Source of the DNA: Paraspadella gotoi
Taxonomy: Eukaryota; Animalia; Chaetognatha
NCBI GenBank assembly: GCA_051294375.1
Contig: CM119267.1
Coordinates: forward strand, 7,420,683 to 7,484,682
Length of the DNA stretch: 64,000 nt
Reading direction: 5' to 3'
Below, one piece after another: positions 43,398-58,874 of this stretch; the stretch's first letter is position 1, and each line of letters starts with the position of its first letter. The notes beneath the pieces were generated by a model, which did no database searches, had not been told where the DNA came from, and saw only the letters and a program-made list of their open reading frames with translations. The position numbers and the translations under genes were made by a program.

Positions 43398-46300
43398 TTA
43401 CTCGCATTCATGGTTAATTCCCTTTTCGCTGTCATTTTCCCCCAGGCTGTTGTTCGCTCCATCTTCATCTTCATCCTCGATCCTTTCCATCGAAATCGGT
43501 GAGCCCAACGACGCGTCCCATCTGGGATCTTGTACCGACCCTTCGGAACTTGTCCATCCTGACCGCTCGTGAATCGGAGCTAAGCCGGCGGGGGTGCAGT
43601 CGTTAAGGCTCGGGCGACTGAGAGGGCGACCGGACGGACTTAGCGACCCTTTCGACTCGTTGCCCAAAGCCTCGGGCAATTCGAGCGAGGGAAAGGAAGG
43701 GAGAGAGCGAAGATCCTGGACGGCGGCACGGTCGAGGCCGTTCTTCTTCTTCTTTTGACGAGATGCCCATGGAGGGGTACGTGGACTCTCCAATTTCACG
43801 AATGCTTTTAGCTGAAGAATGGCTCCTTCCAGACTTTGGTTGACACGGAGCGAAGTCTGTCAAAATCGGGATCCGAAGAATAAGTGGGAGAGTGGAAGCT
43901 TAATTTTGTACAAAATGGAAAAACATATACATATATTTAGGATCTTTAGTTAAGGCCAGGGATCACTCAATCTAAAATTGTATATATTCTTAATTTACTG
44001 TATCTTAATCATTTTCTCATATTCTTGTAAGAGGTTTTCTATTGAAAATAATCGAAAACTTTTTAAAAATCTACATAAAATGTTCATAAAAATTTAAACC
44101 TTAATTTTTTCTTCGGTAAAACTAGATTTTCAAGAGAAAAATAATTTTTTATATGTAAGTAAAATTTCTACAAACTTTAAATTAACTTAAAACTGATTCT
44201 TTACAGTAAGCTCAATTTCTACTTCTTATATTTAATTCTTCCTTTGGTAAAAGTAAATACATGGAGTTGTATCACTAATAAGTCTAAAATAAACTACTAC
44301 ACATTTTTCAGACGGGTTTTATACTTTTATGAGTTTTATGAGTTGAAAAAACTTATCGAATTTATTTCAATTTGACTTTTTACTTTATGTAAATGTTTAA
44401 TGAGTTTAATGAGTACAGAATTTAACTTTCTTGACGAAGTGAAGTTAAAAACGAAGAGTTGCAGCTCAAACCGTTGGACTCTTCTTGAAGAAAAAAATAT
44501 CTTGGGCAAGAAAGGAAAGGTGGGGGAAATTCTATGAGCGCGTTTTTGAAAAAATGTTTTTTGTTTCAAATATATCAAGGAATTAATCCCAAACATTGAT
44601 TAAAATAATCAAATTTTATATGAAGGAAGGCAAATTTTGAAAGTATCTTTTCATAGAATTGGAGTTCGTGACTTAAAGGTATTTCATGCCAAATTTAATG
44701 AGAAACCGCCTTACCGTTTGGGCTTCTTCTTTTAGGTTTCTTTATTTTATATAGTACAAAAAAAATCGAAAAAAACGATGACGCCCTTTGAAAAAATAGT
44801 AAAGTGAATACATTTTCGGAATCGTCAGGAGCTCTCCTTTCGAAATCCGCAGCTCGGTTTTAGCCTCATTATAATTTTGAATTGAGTTGATCCGGGATCC
44901 TTGTACTTCTTCAGACAAAACCTGGTAACGTCTTTCCATGGCTTCCACAGCCTCGGCCCGGTAGGCCTTCTCCTGATCCAACTCAAACTTGAGGTCCTCG
45001 ATGGCGGCATCTCTGGTGACCAAGAGCTTTTCTAACTCTAAAAGGCGAGCACGCGTCGCTTCGTAGGTGACGGTCAATGAATCGAGAGACGATTTAAGAT
45101 TCGTGGCGTCGTAACGCATCGCTGCCAATTTGGCTAAATAAAAAACAGTTTCATCAAATATAAGTTATGTTCGAGTTAGACAAACTTTTAAAGGATTTGA
45201 AAATTTCAGATAATTTCTTACACTTATTCGACTTAGACTATCCGTATAACTATGGTTTAGTAACCCGCAGCAACACAGCTGTTGACAGAATATTTGAATT
45301 CTTAATCCGCATTTTTAAATTTAGGTTTTATAGCCTAGTAAATAATTCAACACAACTGAACCCTTACCTTCCATCTCAAAGCTCGGTTCGGCGAATCGCT
45401 CTTCAAGCAGATTTAACTTCTGCTGATATTTCATCTGCAGTTCGCCGTGAAGGATCAACTCGTCATTGGCTCGATTCAATTCCGCTTGTAAAACAGGCAC
45501 TTTTCCAGCCTCCGCTTCCAAACCTTTCGCGTTTTCATTCAATTCGAACTGAGTCTAAAAAAAAACAAGTAATACTGTATGAAATATGACCACCAACCAG
45601 TGAAGATTAATTTGTGTAAATGTTTTTAAAAAGATAAATTCTCCTCACTTGTTTCAATCTATCGCACTCTGCTCGCTTCTCTACGAGTTCAGCCTGGGCG
45701 GCGGCGAGAGCAGACTCGAGATCGACGCGAATCTTGGCAGACTTGGCTTCGTTCCTCATCCTCTGTTCGACGTCTCTCGAGAGTGATTGGAGCTGATCGG
45801 CTAGTTTAGAGCACTTGGCCGCGTGGTCGCTCTGTGTGGCGACCTGAGCGTCGATAGATGATCGGGAGAGTTTTTATTACATATTTAAACAAGTAATTGA
45901 GTAAAAACACAAAAATTAAAAACCAGAGACTCGCGAAGTTTGGACATCTCTGTTTCCTGTAGTTGCAACTGATCTTTCATGGCACTGTTCTTCTCCTCTA
46001 AGGCCATAGCTTTGACCACTCGCCCCAACAGATGTCGATTACGTTTGGCGTGGAGCTGGCGCTTTTGACGCTCGAACAACATCCTGTTCTCGGCAAGATT
46101 AAGACGCGTTTTAAGAATCTTAACTTCATCGGGAGGCGGATGTCCTAAATGAAGGTATGGGTTCCTCTTAAAGCTGCAATTCTATAAATTAACTTCAAAA
46201 CAAAAAGACACCAAATCACCTCCAAAATGAGTCCAATTTGTGTCAGCCTGAGCGACGAGCGGCATCCTTTTCCACAAGTCGCCCATGTGGACTTCCGCTC

Positions 46301-49035
46301 CGAGTTTCATGTGCTTCTTCAAAACTTCCTCTGCGTCGTCGGCGTCAGGATAGGCTGCGTCGTTCTTTTCTCCGGCGTCGTTGTCAGAGTCGCTAGGCAA
46401 TCGCAAATAAGGCCAAACGTGGTCTAACAAGTTAGAGGCCCTCAGGGGCGGCGTGGTCGGCCGAGCGTCCTCGTCGCCCTCTGAGTCTTTTTCGCGCCGG
46501 CCACACGTGGCACAGCGATCACGGCGCGGACCGGGGTCTTCGTCTACGACTCGCGAGACAACCCCGCCTCCGCTGCCGCCTCCACCGCTCTCCGATTCCA
46601 CTTCTTCTAGGAGCAGAGGGCACGAGCGAACGTATTTCAAGGGGCCGCCACTTAATGGCGAAGTGGACGAGCCTCTTAATTCTGCAGATAAGAATCGAAG
46701 GGTTTACGCTCAGCACAAAAAAGAAAATAAAAATTCTTAAGCAAATTGCCATTTTGCCCCTGATAAACTGACCCGAAGAAATGCTATTAAATCTGAGCCG
46801 ATTGATGTTCTTCATGAAATTGATGACGGATTCCGACTCGACGGAGGACCCCGCGGAATACTTGCAAGTTTCCGCGTCGGCTTCTGGCTCCAACGTCTTG
46901 TCGTTCTCTGGAAAAGGGTATGGGTCGAGTCCAACCTCGCCACCCGTCAAGTCATCCGTCGTTTTGTCAAAACCTTCACCCATTCGTTCAACGCCGACGA
47001 GCTCGGAGACTTCCTGAGGATATTTTTCATATTTATTATGTAAGTTAGTTTGTAAGTTCATTTCGTGATTAAACGTCAGCAACCTGATCCAAATCGTCGC
47101 CCTCTTCGCCGTCGCCATCCCCCATCTCTTTGACGATTATTTCTAAATCGGCCAAAGACGGTAACGCAGACATCTCTGGAGCGGACATGGAAGGGATTAT
47201 GCGGCGCGGAGGGCCCTCCACGAGACTTTTGGCCCTCTCCACGACGACGAAATTGGTCGCCTGGTCAGTTTTATCTGTGGACGCCTGCGACGGAAGCAAC
47301 GCATCTTTAACTGGTACCGGAATCGACTCAGTGGTCGTCAATGCCGGTGCTGTTTCCTGGTTCGCAAATGCAGGCGAGGCATCCGGCGGCGGAGGGGTAG
47401 CCAGACCGCAAACGATGGCGGGATTCCAATCCAAATCGGCGGCTATCGTCGATTCTTTGCGGACGCGAAAGTCCGCGATGGACGATTTCGCCCCGACGAC
47501 GGAATTGTCGGCACCGTGGTTCTTGCGCGGCGAAGTTGACGAGTCCGTCGAAGAAAAGCGTCGAGCGGAAACCGATGCGGATTCCGTCTTTGTGATCACA
47601 GTCTTCGACGATTTGACGATGGAAAAACGGAAGGACGATGAGCTGAGGTAAGTCTCGATGAATTCGGCGGCGAGACCTTGACTGGCGGCGTCAGTGGGGT
47701 CGAGAGTCACCTTTTCGAGGAAAGGAGAAATAAAAGGGAATCCATTATTTACAAATTTTGTTAGTTACATTTACATTACAAGGCAAATTTGTACTTTGGA
47801 GATGTCCATGAGGACGTCGTGAGCCTCTTTCTTCCTCCATCGACTGGGATTTATTTCAGTCTGCGACGAGGCAGTGATAAAGAGGTGATGGAGTCGAACG
47901 GAGGACAACATTGGAAGGATCACCATGTTGAAGACTCCCTACGGGGACGAGAAATAGTTGTTAACGAAATTTATGAGCGAGATGAAATGTGAAAGATTCT
48001 ATAATATATTGATATCGAAAAACGAATAGCTATATCAACCTCATTCTATTAAGTTCGAATGGCAACGGTTTTCCTGACCTGCGGATTGAAGACGTTGTTG
48101 GGATCAGTCGGCGACATAGAAGTCATAGCGACGGGGCCGAAGCGACGTCGGAGAAACTCGAGAAAGTTGCAGGGAAAAAGCGCGTAGAGGCGGTGAAAAA
48201 GCGCCGTTAGGGCTGCATACAGTTGCAGCGCTACTATCTCGGTGACGTGGGAAGGGCGCGATGCCAACCAACGTGCGACGCGAGCGAAGCAGGCAAACAA
48301 ATCCTTGTTTCAGGAAAGGGGGGGGAAGGGTTGCTCGATCTAACGAAAAAACGACTTAACGGACGCGAACCTTGACGCGAGTCGTAATCTCGAGCGGCGC
48401 CAACGGGACGAGAAGCGAGATGCAAAGAATGCCGCACATCAACGCCGCCGGATTCTCTTCCGTCATAGCGAGTTGGATCAGTTTGGTCATGATGGGGTGG
48501 CGCGGGATCCGGGCCACCCAAGGCGGGTTGTTGCAAACTATGTGACTGAGAAGGACGAGGTGGTCAACACGACTGTCCGCCAGGTTCGCCTCGTCGTCCT
48601 CATCTCCACTCTCCACCCGATTGTCGCCGATAGCGAGATCGCGGCATGAGACTCGTCCTAATCGCTCCGACAATCTGGAAAGGTACGTTTGGTAAGATTG
48701 ATTAATAAGAACGCACAAACCACAAACGCAACGCTCAATTTTTCTCGCCTGTGCAAAAGATGATCGGCATACAAGTCTCGAATCCCAGTAAGAATCAAAA
48801 GCGTTCGCTTTGATTTTGAAATGAGGTAATAGTCGAGCAAGGCGTTGAACAACCAAACCGCATCGGCCTCTCCGCTCCGACTCAGCCTTAACTAAAGAAT
48901 AAAATTGAAAGATTATTTTAGAAGGAAACGAAGAAAAAAAAACGAAAAACAAGGAACCTGTTCATCGATTAAAGATTTCACCTCCTCCACCACACCGGTC
49001 TCCGTTGATTCCAAAAGTTCAAACAGTTTATCCAT
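43398..49035 (-). CDS. TSC1: Hamartin (TSC1); ~12 exons
   Basis: WLFNALLDYY, ALFHRLYALFPCNFLEFLR, LPMLSSVRLH...RWRKKEAHDVLMDISKVTLDP, NWTHFGG, MLFERQKRQLHAKRNRHLLGR and a C-terminal coiled coil. Confidence 0.93.
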
Positions 49036-49255
49036 GATCGAAAAGTCACGGGGAAAACATTTAGAATAGATTCACAAGAAACGAAATGGACGAATCTCGC
49101 TGAAAAAAATTAAACGTGGAAGCTTTCACAAAACTTTTAACCCAAAAAAGCGGGAGAAAAATATTTTTAAAGAAGCGACACAAACGGATCGGATCGAGCA
49201 TGGAGATGAAAACCAAGAGCCATTATTTTTCTCAAAGATCGAAAAGCCATCGCGA

Positions 49256-50968
49256 TCATTTCTTCTTTAATCCGGCGCCGGCGTTAAACTTGAAGAAAAT
49301 GATGTCCCCGTCTTCGATGATGTACTCCTTGCCCTGTTGTCGATATTGGCCCGCCGCTCGAACGGCCGCTGATATAAAGATTAAAAAAAGATAATTAATA
49401 AAGTTATATTACCTCTTATCCAAAAGTTTCCACATATATTAGACGCACCTTCGGATCCGGCTTCTTTGTAGTCCGCGAATTTCATTACTTCCGCCATTAT
49501 GAATCCCTTCTCGAAGTCGGTATGAATTTTTCCGGCGCCTTGCGGCGCTTTGGTGTGTTTTTGAATCGTCCAGGCTTTGACCTCGTCGTGACCTTTGTTT
49601 TATAAAGTGAGAGAAACAAAGGACTTAGATTTAATTTTTCAGTTTCTCATAAAAACCACCCTCATTGATTCACCAGCGGTGAAAAAATACATGAGCCCGA
49701 GAGCTTTGTATCCGTTGACGATGATCTTGTCTAGAGTACTCTTAGCGCCGGGATTTGCTTCGGCGTATGACTTCCTTTCCTCTTCGGTCTTTTCGAACAG
49801 ATTGTTCTCGAGAATTCCTGAAAAGGGAATCGCCAACGCGCCGGGGTCGTTTTCCTGAAAAGTTAAAAATTAATAAAAACATTTTTGAAAAAGACTACTA
49901 CTATAATTTACAACAAATTCTTACTTGAATCCACGCGACAATCTTGGACAGCCACTTGTTCTTCTTTTTGATGTAATCTTTTTCGGAAAGATTAATCAAG
50001 TAAATAACAGGTTTGGCAGTGATAAAAAGATGAGGGTTGAGCGATTCCACCTCCTTCCCGTTCCACTCTCCGTATCTAATCCACTTGCCAGGCGTCGTTT
50101 CTGATCCTGATGCAGAATATTTTAGACACAAAATTACAAATAATTGCCATCCGACCTCCCCGGCTGCAAAATCTAACCTTTCAGGTGTTCCCCAACTTTC
50201 ACGAGAGTCTTGTACTCGAACTCCCGGGCTTTGTCGCCGCCTCGAACGACCGTCTTCTCCATCGTGGCCAATTGTTTGTCGACGTATTCGATGTCCTATC
50301 ATTGTCGGAAGCCCATCAGGAATAATTCGGACAATACTTTGCCTATAGATTACTAAGGCAATGTCTACCCATTTTGAACTGATACTTCGATCTCTTTCGG
50401 ACCCAACCTTTAACCGGAGTTCGTCGGCGATGATGCCGAGATCGCGCACGGGATCGACGGCGCCCTCAACGTGCGTGATATCTTCGTCTTCAAAGGCGCG
50501 GGTGACGTGAAAAATCGCGTCGCACGCGCGGATGTTGGACAAAAACGCGTTGCCGAGACCCTGTCCCTCGGAGGCGCCTTTGACAAGGCCCGCGATGTCG
50601 ACCACGTTCAAAAATGCGGGTACCTTGAGAGAAAAAAAAATACTTAAAAAGGGTCGTATAATCTGATTAGTTGAACGAAACGCTACAGCTTTTAAATGCG
50701 TTGAATAGAGGCTAACCTTGCTAGCGGGCTTCCAGTGTTCGCACAGCCAATCGTATCTTTCGTCGGGGACGGGGCATCGACTCTCGTTGGGCTCGATGGT
50801 GCAAAAGGGAAAGTTTTCCGCGGCGGCCATCGAAGTCTTAGTGAGGACGTTGAAAAAGGTCGACTTGCCAACGTTGGGCAGACCAACGATGCCCATCTTG
50901 AGGTTGGTGCCCACGCGGCCCATTATCGCCGGCTTCTCTTCCACCTCGCCCTTTTTTTTAGGGGGCAT
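49256..50968 (-). CDS. OLA1: Obg-like ATPase 1 (YchF); 7 exons
   Basis: [78 protein letters not shown] and [10 protein letters not shown]. Confidence 0.97.
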
Positions 50969-51292
50969 CTTAGTGGGTTTATTGGTTTTGGTCTTTTTAA
51001 ACGATCATCGATCAACTATATTTATATTTTTAGGAAAATCTTCATGGAAGATTTTCGCTGTGAATTCGAGAAGGGAAAAATGAGACAAGCGTGAGCGTCA
51101 ATGCAGAGTGGAAAGAGGGAAGGCGGGGCTTAAAAAGCTTAATTTATTATCACAATTGGACGAGAACGAACAAAACTGATTTCGAGATTCATGACTTAAG
51201 GCTTATTAATTATTAAGTAAAATTTAACCAGTCTTGGCCGGAGTATTTAATTTAATAACTAACAGTGATTAAAAATATATTTAAAAAAAAAA

Positions 51293-52989
<1,697 letters not shown>

Positions 52990-53440
52990 CTCTTTTAAAA
53001 GGAAATCAGTGAGCGAGCGGGGAGAAAAACAAAACCATTTCATCAATTCAAAAAAAACAAAAAAAAACAAGCCAATTAAAAATAATAACTACTCCGCAAT
53101 TCTTCCATACTTGTTAAGCCGGGCAATGAGGAGCTCTGTAATAAGAAATTCTTTTGTCATTTATCAAACTACTCGATGCTTCTAGATGCCACGAGATGCT
53201 ACTAGATGCTTCAACATAATTCATATTACAGAAATCCTAGTTCCCAACCTAATCCACCCTTATACATATAATTCTAGATTAAAGGAGAATAGATAGAAAT
53301 GTGCCTCTTCGTCTCTCTCAAATTCCGACGCGATGATATTAAGCGCGCAAAATAAAAGAACCGCATCGGAGGTAAGGACGTAGACTCACATTTTCCGTCT
53401 GGAAGTCAAGATTATTCTTTTCTGGGATAAATTGACTCGG

Positions 53441-55882
53441 CTAAAAAATGCTAGTTCCAAGCGGTTTTCTTCTTCGCGGTCTCTTCGTCTTGGACGATTC
53501 TCCATCGTCGTTCCCTTCATCGTCGTCGCCGACGACCTTCTTGGCGGCGTCGAGAGACCAGATGTGTTCCGGAGTTCCGATCGAAGCCGTCTTGTCCTTC
53601 CCCTTCCCATGGCGGCAGCTCTTCCAGATTTTGGCGTTGATCTCCTCGATGGCGTAGCCCAGGGGCACGAATATTCTCCCGCAGGGTTGGCACTCGACGC
53701 GCTTCAACTTCTCCCGCTCCTCCTTTTTGCGAATGGCGCCGCCGAGGATGGGAAAGAGCGGGTCCTTGATGTTCTTCTTTCTTTCCTCGTCCTTCTCCCG
53801 CTGGACCTGGGAAAAGGAGAGGAAGGCCGAGTCGTTGGCGCCGGGGTTGACGGCGCCGGACGCCATCTTTTGTTTCTTGTTTAGCTCCGAGTCCAGCTCG
53901 CGTTCCAAGTCGTCAAGATCGAGGTAGGGATCGGCGGCGCCGTTGGCGTCGGTCGATTCTTTGGCCGAAGCCGTCGTCGCTGTCTTTGACTGAAGTTTTT
54001 GATTAATTAGGGCTTTTTGTCTCTCGAAATCGCTTTTGCTTTTCGAAGGAGGAGCCGAGACTGGCCGCTCTGGAACTGGCCGTTCCCAGGCAGGCTTCTC
54101 GGGAGGCGGCTGTTCGGGCGTTCCCAAAAGCGAGGCGTCCGATTCGCCATCAGACTCGCCGAACATTTCGACAATGACCGGATGCTGAGCTTTTTTCCGC
54201 CGTTTTATGAGTGGAGCCGGACGATCAGGCGTCGAAAAGAGCTGCGACGGCGACGGGACGGAATTTAAGGCACTCGACGATTTAAGCGAGGGACTCTTCG
54301 ACGACGCCATTCCCAGTTGAGCTTTGGAAAACCTCGAAGAAGTAGACGAATCGGATGCAGCCGCGGATCCGTCGTTGAGAAGCTTGAGAGCTTGGGTCTC
54401 GCTGAGATCATAGACGAATTCGTCTTGCGGCTTCGTCCCTGGAGCGCCCCCACCACTGCTCCGTCTGGCGTCTTTTTCTTCCCGTGGCCTGACGCCCAGC
54501 TTCTCCTGCTGCGCAGATTTGATCGATTCCTCCAACGCTCGTCGGATCTGATCTTCCTCCTCTTCCTCAATCTTTTTCCAACGCTTGGCCTGCAGCGCCT
54601 GCGCTTTCTCCGCCGATGATTGGGTGAACATTTGGGTGACGGTCGCCTGACGAAGACCGGACTTGGGGTCCCAGGCGGAGAGACCGTTGGGCGACGAGGC
54701 CTTTCGCTTTTTCGATTCGCTCGTCGTAGATGACGACGAGGGCGAGGAGGTCTTCTTCCTTTCCAGCCAAGGCTCGTTGGAGGCAACGTCGGACTCTTCA
54801 GCTTCTCGCGCCGATCGTTTCTTCTTCTTCAGCTTTCTGCTGTCGCAGGAGGAGGGTCTTAATGGAGATTCGCCGATTTCCTCGTCGGATTCTTCGGTCG
54901 TCGCGGTTTTCGGAACGGACGCCGGCCTCTCGGGGACTTTGCTCACGACGGACGCCAGAGTTTTTCTTCCGTTTAATCCCCGATCTTCTTCTTTCGGTTC
55001 GTCTCCTTCGTCGTCACCGTCACCGTCGTCACAGTCGTTGTCACAGTCGTTGTCGCCGTCGCCGTCGCCCTCACCGCCGCCTTCCACACCGCCCCCGTCC
55101 CAAAGCGCGGTATCAGTTGGGTCCAAGATTCCCAGAGTCTCCGGGATCGTGATCTTTGGTCGTTTTAAAGGTGGTGGTAATTTTGGGCTGGAATCGACGA
55201 GAACGGCGGGATTTTTTTCAGGGTCACCTTTATCTCCAGGAATTGTGGCAACAGCGACTGCGGGAAGCGCTGGAAAGGCTTCCCCGAGAGCGCGGAACTT
55301 TTCCGGGTCGTCGCGAGACACCCACTCGGCGATTTCGCGTTTCTCCCTCTCGCTTTCCTTAAACTTACGATCGAGGTCGTCCTTTTCCCGCCTTAGCCTC
55401 TCCATCTCTTTCCCCTGATCAGAGTTTTTCTCGGTCAGGCGCGCCAAGACCTCATCCTTTTCCATGAGACGATTCTGAATGGCGTTGATCTCCTCGGACA
55501 TCTTTTCGTATTCCGCGAGGGACTCGTCGAGCACCCGGCGCTTTTTTTCTGAGGCGGCGAGGGCGGCGCGTTCATCCTCAAGCTCCTTCGACAAGTCAAC
55601 GATACGGTCTGAAAGTCGACGGGTCTCCGCCTCAAACTCGTCGCGCTGCGTCTGCGCCTCATCGCGCTCCGTTCGCATTTTATCGCGCTCCGTACGGGCA
55701 TCATCGCGCTCAGTTAGTGTCTTGGCCCAGCTTTCGAGAAGGCGGGGACCAAGGCCAAACACGCCGGCGACGAGGCCCAAGAGGGCGGGACTAGTCTTTT
55801 CAAATTCGTCGGCGATTCGCCTGAAGTCCTCAAAGTTTTCGGCCGCTTCCAGTCCGACTGACAGCTCCTGCAGGGCGGCCAT
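53441..55882 (-). CDS. RBBP8: CtIP/Sae2/Ctp1-like DNA end-resection factor (intronless; N-terminal coiled coil, C-terminal Sae2 domain)
   Basis: C-terminal IRKKEEREKLKRVECQPC...SCRHG...GTPEHIW parallels human VRKKEERRKLLGHTCKEC...CSRHR...NTPENFW. Long N-terminal heptad region and a disordered middle. The start codon is inferred. Confidence 0.72.
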   Translation of the reverse strand: MAALQELSVGLEAAENFEDFRRIADEFEKTSPALLGLVAGVFGLGPRLLESWAKTLTERDDARTERDKMRTERDEAQTQRDEFEAETRRLSDRIVDLSKELEDERAALAASEKKRRVLDESLAEYEKMSEEINAIQNRLMEKDEVLARLTEKNSDQGKEMERLRREKDDLDRKFKESEREKREIAEWVSRDDPEKFRALGEAFPALPAVAVATIPGDKGDPEKNPAVLVDSSPKLPPPLKRPKITIPETLGILDPTDTALWDGGGVEGGGEGDGDGDNDCDNDCDDGDGDDEGDEPKEEDRGLNGRKTLASVVSKVPERPASVPKTATTEESDEEIGESPLRPSSCDSRKLKKKKRSAREAEESDVASNEPWLERKKTSSPSSSSTTSESKKRKASSPNGLSAWDPKSGLRQATVTQMFTQSSAEKAQALQAKRWKKIEEEEEDQIRRALEESIKSAQQEKLGVRPREEKDARRSSGGGAPGTKPQDEFVYDLSETQALKLLNDGSAAASDSSTSSRFSKAQLGMASSKSPSLKSSSALNSVPSPSQLFSTPDRPAPLIKRRKKAQHPVIVEMFGESDGESDASLLGTPEQPPPEKPAWERPVPERPVSAPPSKSKSDFERQKALINQKLQSKTATTASAKESTDANGAADPYLDLDDLERELDSELNKKQKMASGAVNPGANDSAFLSFSQVQREKDEERKKNIKDPLFPILGGAIRKKEEREKLKRVECQPCGRIFVPLGYAIEEINAKIWKSCRHGKGKDKTASIGTPEHIWSLDAAKKVVGDDDEGNDDGESSKTKRPRRRKPLGTSIF

Positions 55883-56129
55883 CCTCGGTAGTGAGAGATG
55901 CTGATTCGGCGGAGATTCCGTCAAAATAAAAGACGGAGAACTAAGAATAATAAATAAAAAGCAGACTAATAAACAAGGCTAACTGCGATGTCACATACTA
56001 CGGTTAAAATAAAAAACAAAATAAAATGTTATCATAAAATGTTAAGTTAAAACAAGACTAGAAATGTACTAACATCAAGGAAAAAAAATATAAAAATGAC
56101 ATAAATTTGATAAGATTGACCATAAATCT

Positions 56130-58420
56130 TCATTCTGTCATTCGGGCGACTCGAGAGGATTTGATCGGAGCGGTGGAGTCTGTTGTCGTTAATGCCAATT
56201 TGACGCTTTTCCTGGAAAACGTCTTCAAAATTGGCGGAAGGGTTTTCGACTCGAAAGCCTCAACGGTCGACTCGGCCTTCGACGAAGCGTCGACTGTATA
56301 AATTTTTTCGGGTGACAAAGTTTGAGTAAAATTTGGGTCATCTTTAAAACGATTCAATGTAGACATTTCTTCAGATTCTTCAAGGATTTTCGCGCCGTTT
56401 GTCGAAAATGGTTCCGCTATTTGCGAGCTCGTTTGTGCCGTCACCTCCATTCCCGATGGATCGGACGCGGCCGGCTTAAAAACTGGGTCTCCACAACTTA
56501 TTTTACTCTTTTCCGCCGTAGCCGATGACGCCGCCGAGGTCGACGAGACCGCAGCAGCCGAAGATGCCGCCGTAGCCGACGACCCCTCCACAGCCGCTGA
56601 AACCGACGACGCCGCTTCCACGGCCGGCACAGGCGCCGCAGCCGACGCTGCATTACGAGACTTTGCCTGAACTATGTCTACAGACGACCATTCCGTGGAC
56701 GCCGACGAAGTTTCGACAGAAGGCGCCGCGATGACGCGGATTTGAGCGCTAATGACGGGAGGGAGCGGCGTAGCAACTATCGGGCGTTGCGCCGGAGCTA
56801 ATTCGGCGTTTCCCTCAGACGGTTCATCTTTGTCATTTTCCTGCGCCCGAATTTCTTCAGTCTTTTTCTTGAGCAGCTCCAGGAGTCGCTTCTGCTCATC
56901 GGAACCCGGAGCCAGAAATGAATAGGAAGTGGCGCCGGTGAGGTCGAACTGCGGGGGAGGGACGGATGAGGTAGTTTTTTGGCGGCGGTGGCGATCGTGG
57001 CGATCGTCACGATCTCGACGACGATGTTCGTCGCTTTTGTGACGCTTGTGGTCTTTACGTTTGTCGTTGATCTCGTTAATGTCGAGGGCTTTGATCGAAC
57101 CACTCCGGCTCTTATGGCTATGGTGGTGATGGTGGTCGTGACGATGATGATGACGACGTCGGCGTTCCTCCTTTTTTCTTTTCGCCCTCTCTTCCTCCGT
57201 CTCCCTTTTCTTCGCTTTGAGCTTCTCCTCGACCCGCTTCTTCACCTCCTCCTCCTTCCTCTTCTCCTCCGACTCTTTCTTCGACTCCATCTTTCCCTTG
57301 AGCTTTTCAAGGAGGATCCTCTTTTTCTCCTCGGCCCTTCGCTTCGACTCTTCCTCGTATCTCTTCCTCTTCTCCGCGTTTAGTTTCTTCTCTTCTTCAG
57401 AGATATTCTCCTCCCGCTTCTCCTTTCTCTCTTTCTTCTGCTCCTTCGCTTCGCTCTTCTTTCTCTCCGTCTCCTTTTTCTCAAAGACAGAGGCGCCGTA
57501 TTCCTTGAGTATTCGCTCCAGACCGGGATCGAGTTTGGACGGAGGTTTTTTCTCTCCCTCTTTTTTTTTCGATTTATCCTTGTTTCGTCCGGAATCATCT
57601 TCCGATTTTCTATTTGGCTCTTTTCTCGATTTATCCTTGTGGCGTTCGCTTCCGGAACAACTGTCAGATTTTCTCTCTCGCTCCCTTTTCGATTTATCCT
57701 TGCTTGGTTCGCGTCCGGAACAATCTTTAGAATGCCTCCGAGACTTTTCGAGTTTTTCTTTTTTTACTTTTTCTCTCTCCGACGATTGTTCTTTTGTGTC
57801 GGGCACGCTCAAGCGAGAACGGAGAGCATCCGCGCCTCTATCGGCGGCCGGCGAAAAACATTTTTTATCGTTTTGGTCCGAGCCATTAAAATTTGGTTCG
57901 CAGTCAAGATCAGGCTTTCCTGAGAGTCGAAGAGATTTGCTTTCCGGCTCGGGCAACGCGGGCGCGTCTGTGAAATTACAAAAGTGAGCAAAATTTAGAA
58001 AAACGCCTAAATTAAACCAATAAAACCTATACGAAAAAACGATTCACCTCGACGATAATTCCTGGCGTCATCGTCGGATCCGTGGCCATTTTTTAAACTC
58101 GTCTCCCCCGAAAGGGCAGAGTCTGAAGCAATTTCCGAAGCTTTTGTCGTTGACGTTGTCTCGACGCAAACGGTATTCGTCCCCTCAATCGGCGTAGAAC
58201 TTATTTTTTTGAGAACAGCGTCAAATCCTCGACGAAATTCCGTATCATTGGAGTGGAGAGTGAAGATCTGCACAAAGGTGTTATCGCATGATGAAGACAA
58301 CCGTCACCCTAACAATTTCTCTCCTCGCTTTACCCTGTGGAATTCTTGCGCCATCTGCTCCTGAAAAACGAGATCTTGGTCATCGTCTTTTTCCTCGCCT
58401 GGAGTCGAAGGTATTTCCAT
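56130..58420 (-). CDS. Uncharacterised Lys/Glu-rich, His-tract, low-complexity protein; 3 exons
   Basis: A 608-codon ORF joins in phase to exons ~58049-58267 and ~58334-58420 through GT-AG introns. Coding-like composition, no recognisable domain. Confidence 0.7.
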
Positions 58421-58874
58421 TTTTTTCCGTTGTGTTGCGTTCAGCTTTCCTTTATTTTTATATCGTCTAAATCATCTTTCATCTTAAAGACGTAACGAAT
58501 TTTAATTTAAAATCACGGAATATCACCTGCTAAGGATTACAAAATAAACAATAAACTTTCTAAAACTAGTATTGTATTATCATTATTATCACGATTCAAA
58601 AAGTGAGGTTAATATCGTTCAGTATAAAACGAAAACCATTTTCAAGAGCCGGGCCAGAATACGGTGTTGGGGGGGCAAACAAACCGTTACAATATATTGA
58701 ACCCAAACCTACAATATAGTGACCGACTACGTAGAAAAACCCGAAGCATCCGAGTAAACTCGAGCTCACTCCGTAATTATTCGTAGTGATTATCCGGACG
58801 ATTTCTTTGTACATAGCTCTGATCAAAGAATAGTATTTAGGGAAAAAAGCGAAACCAGGTTTAATTTCGTCGGC

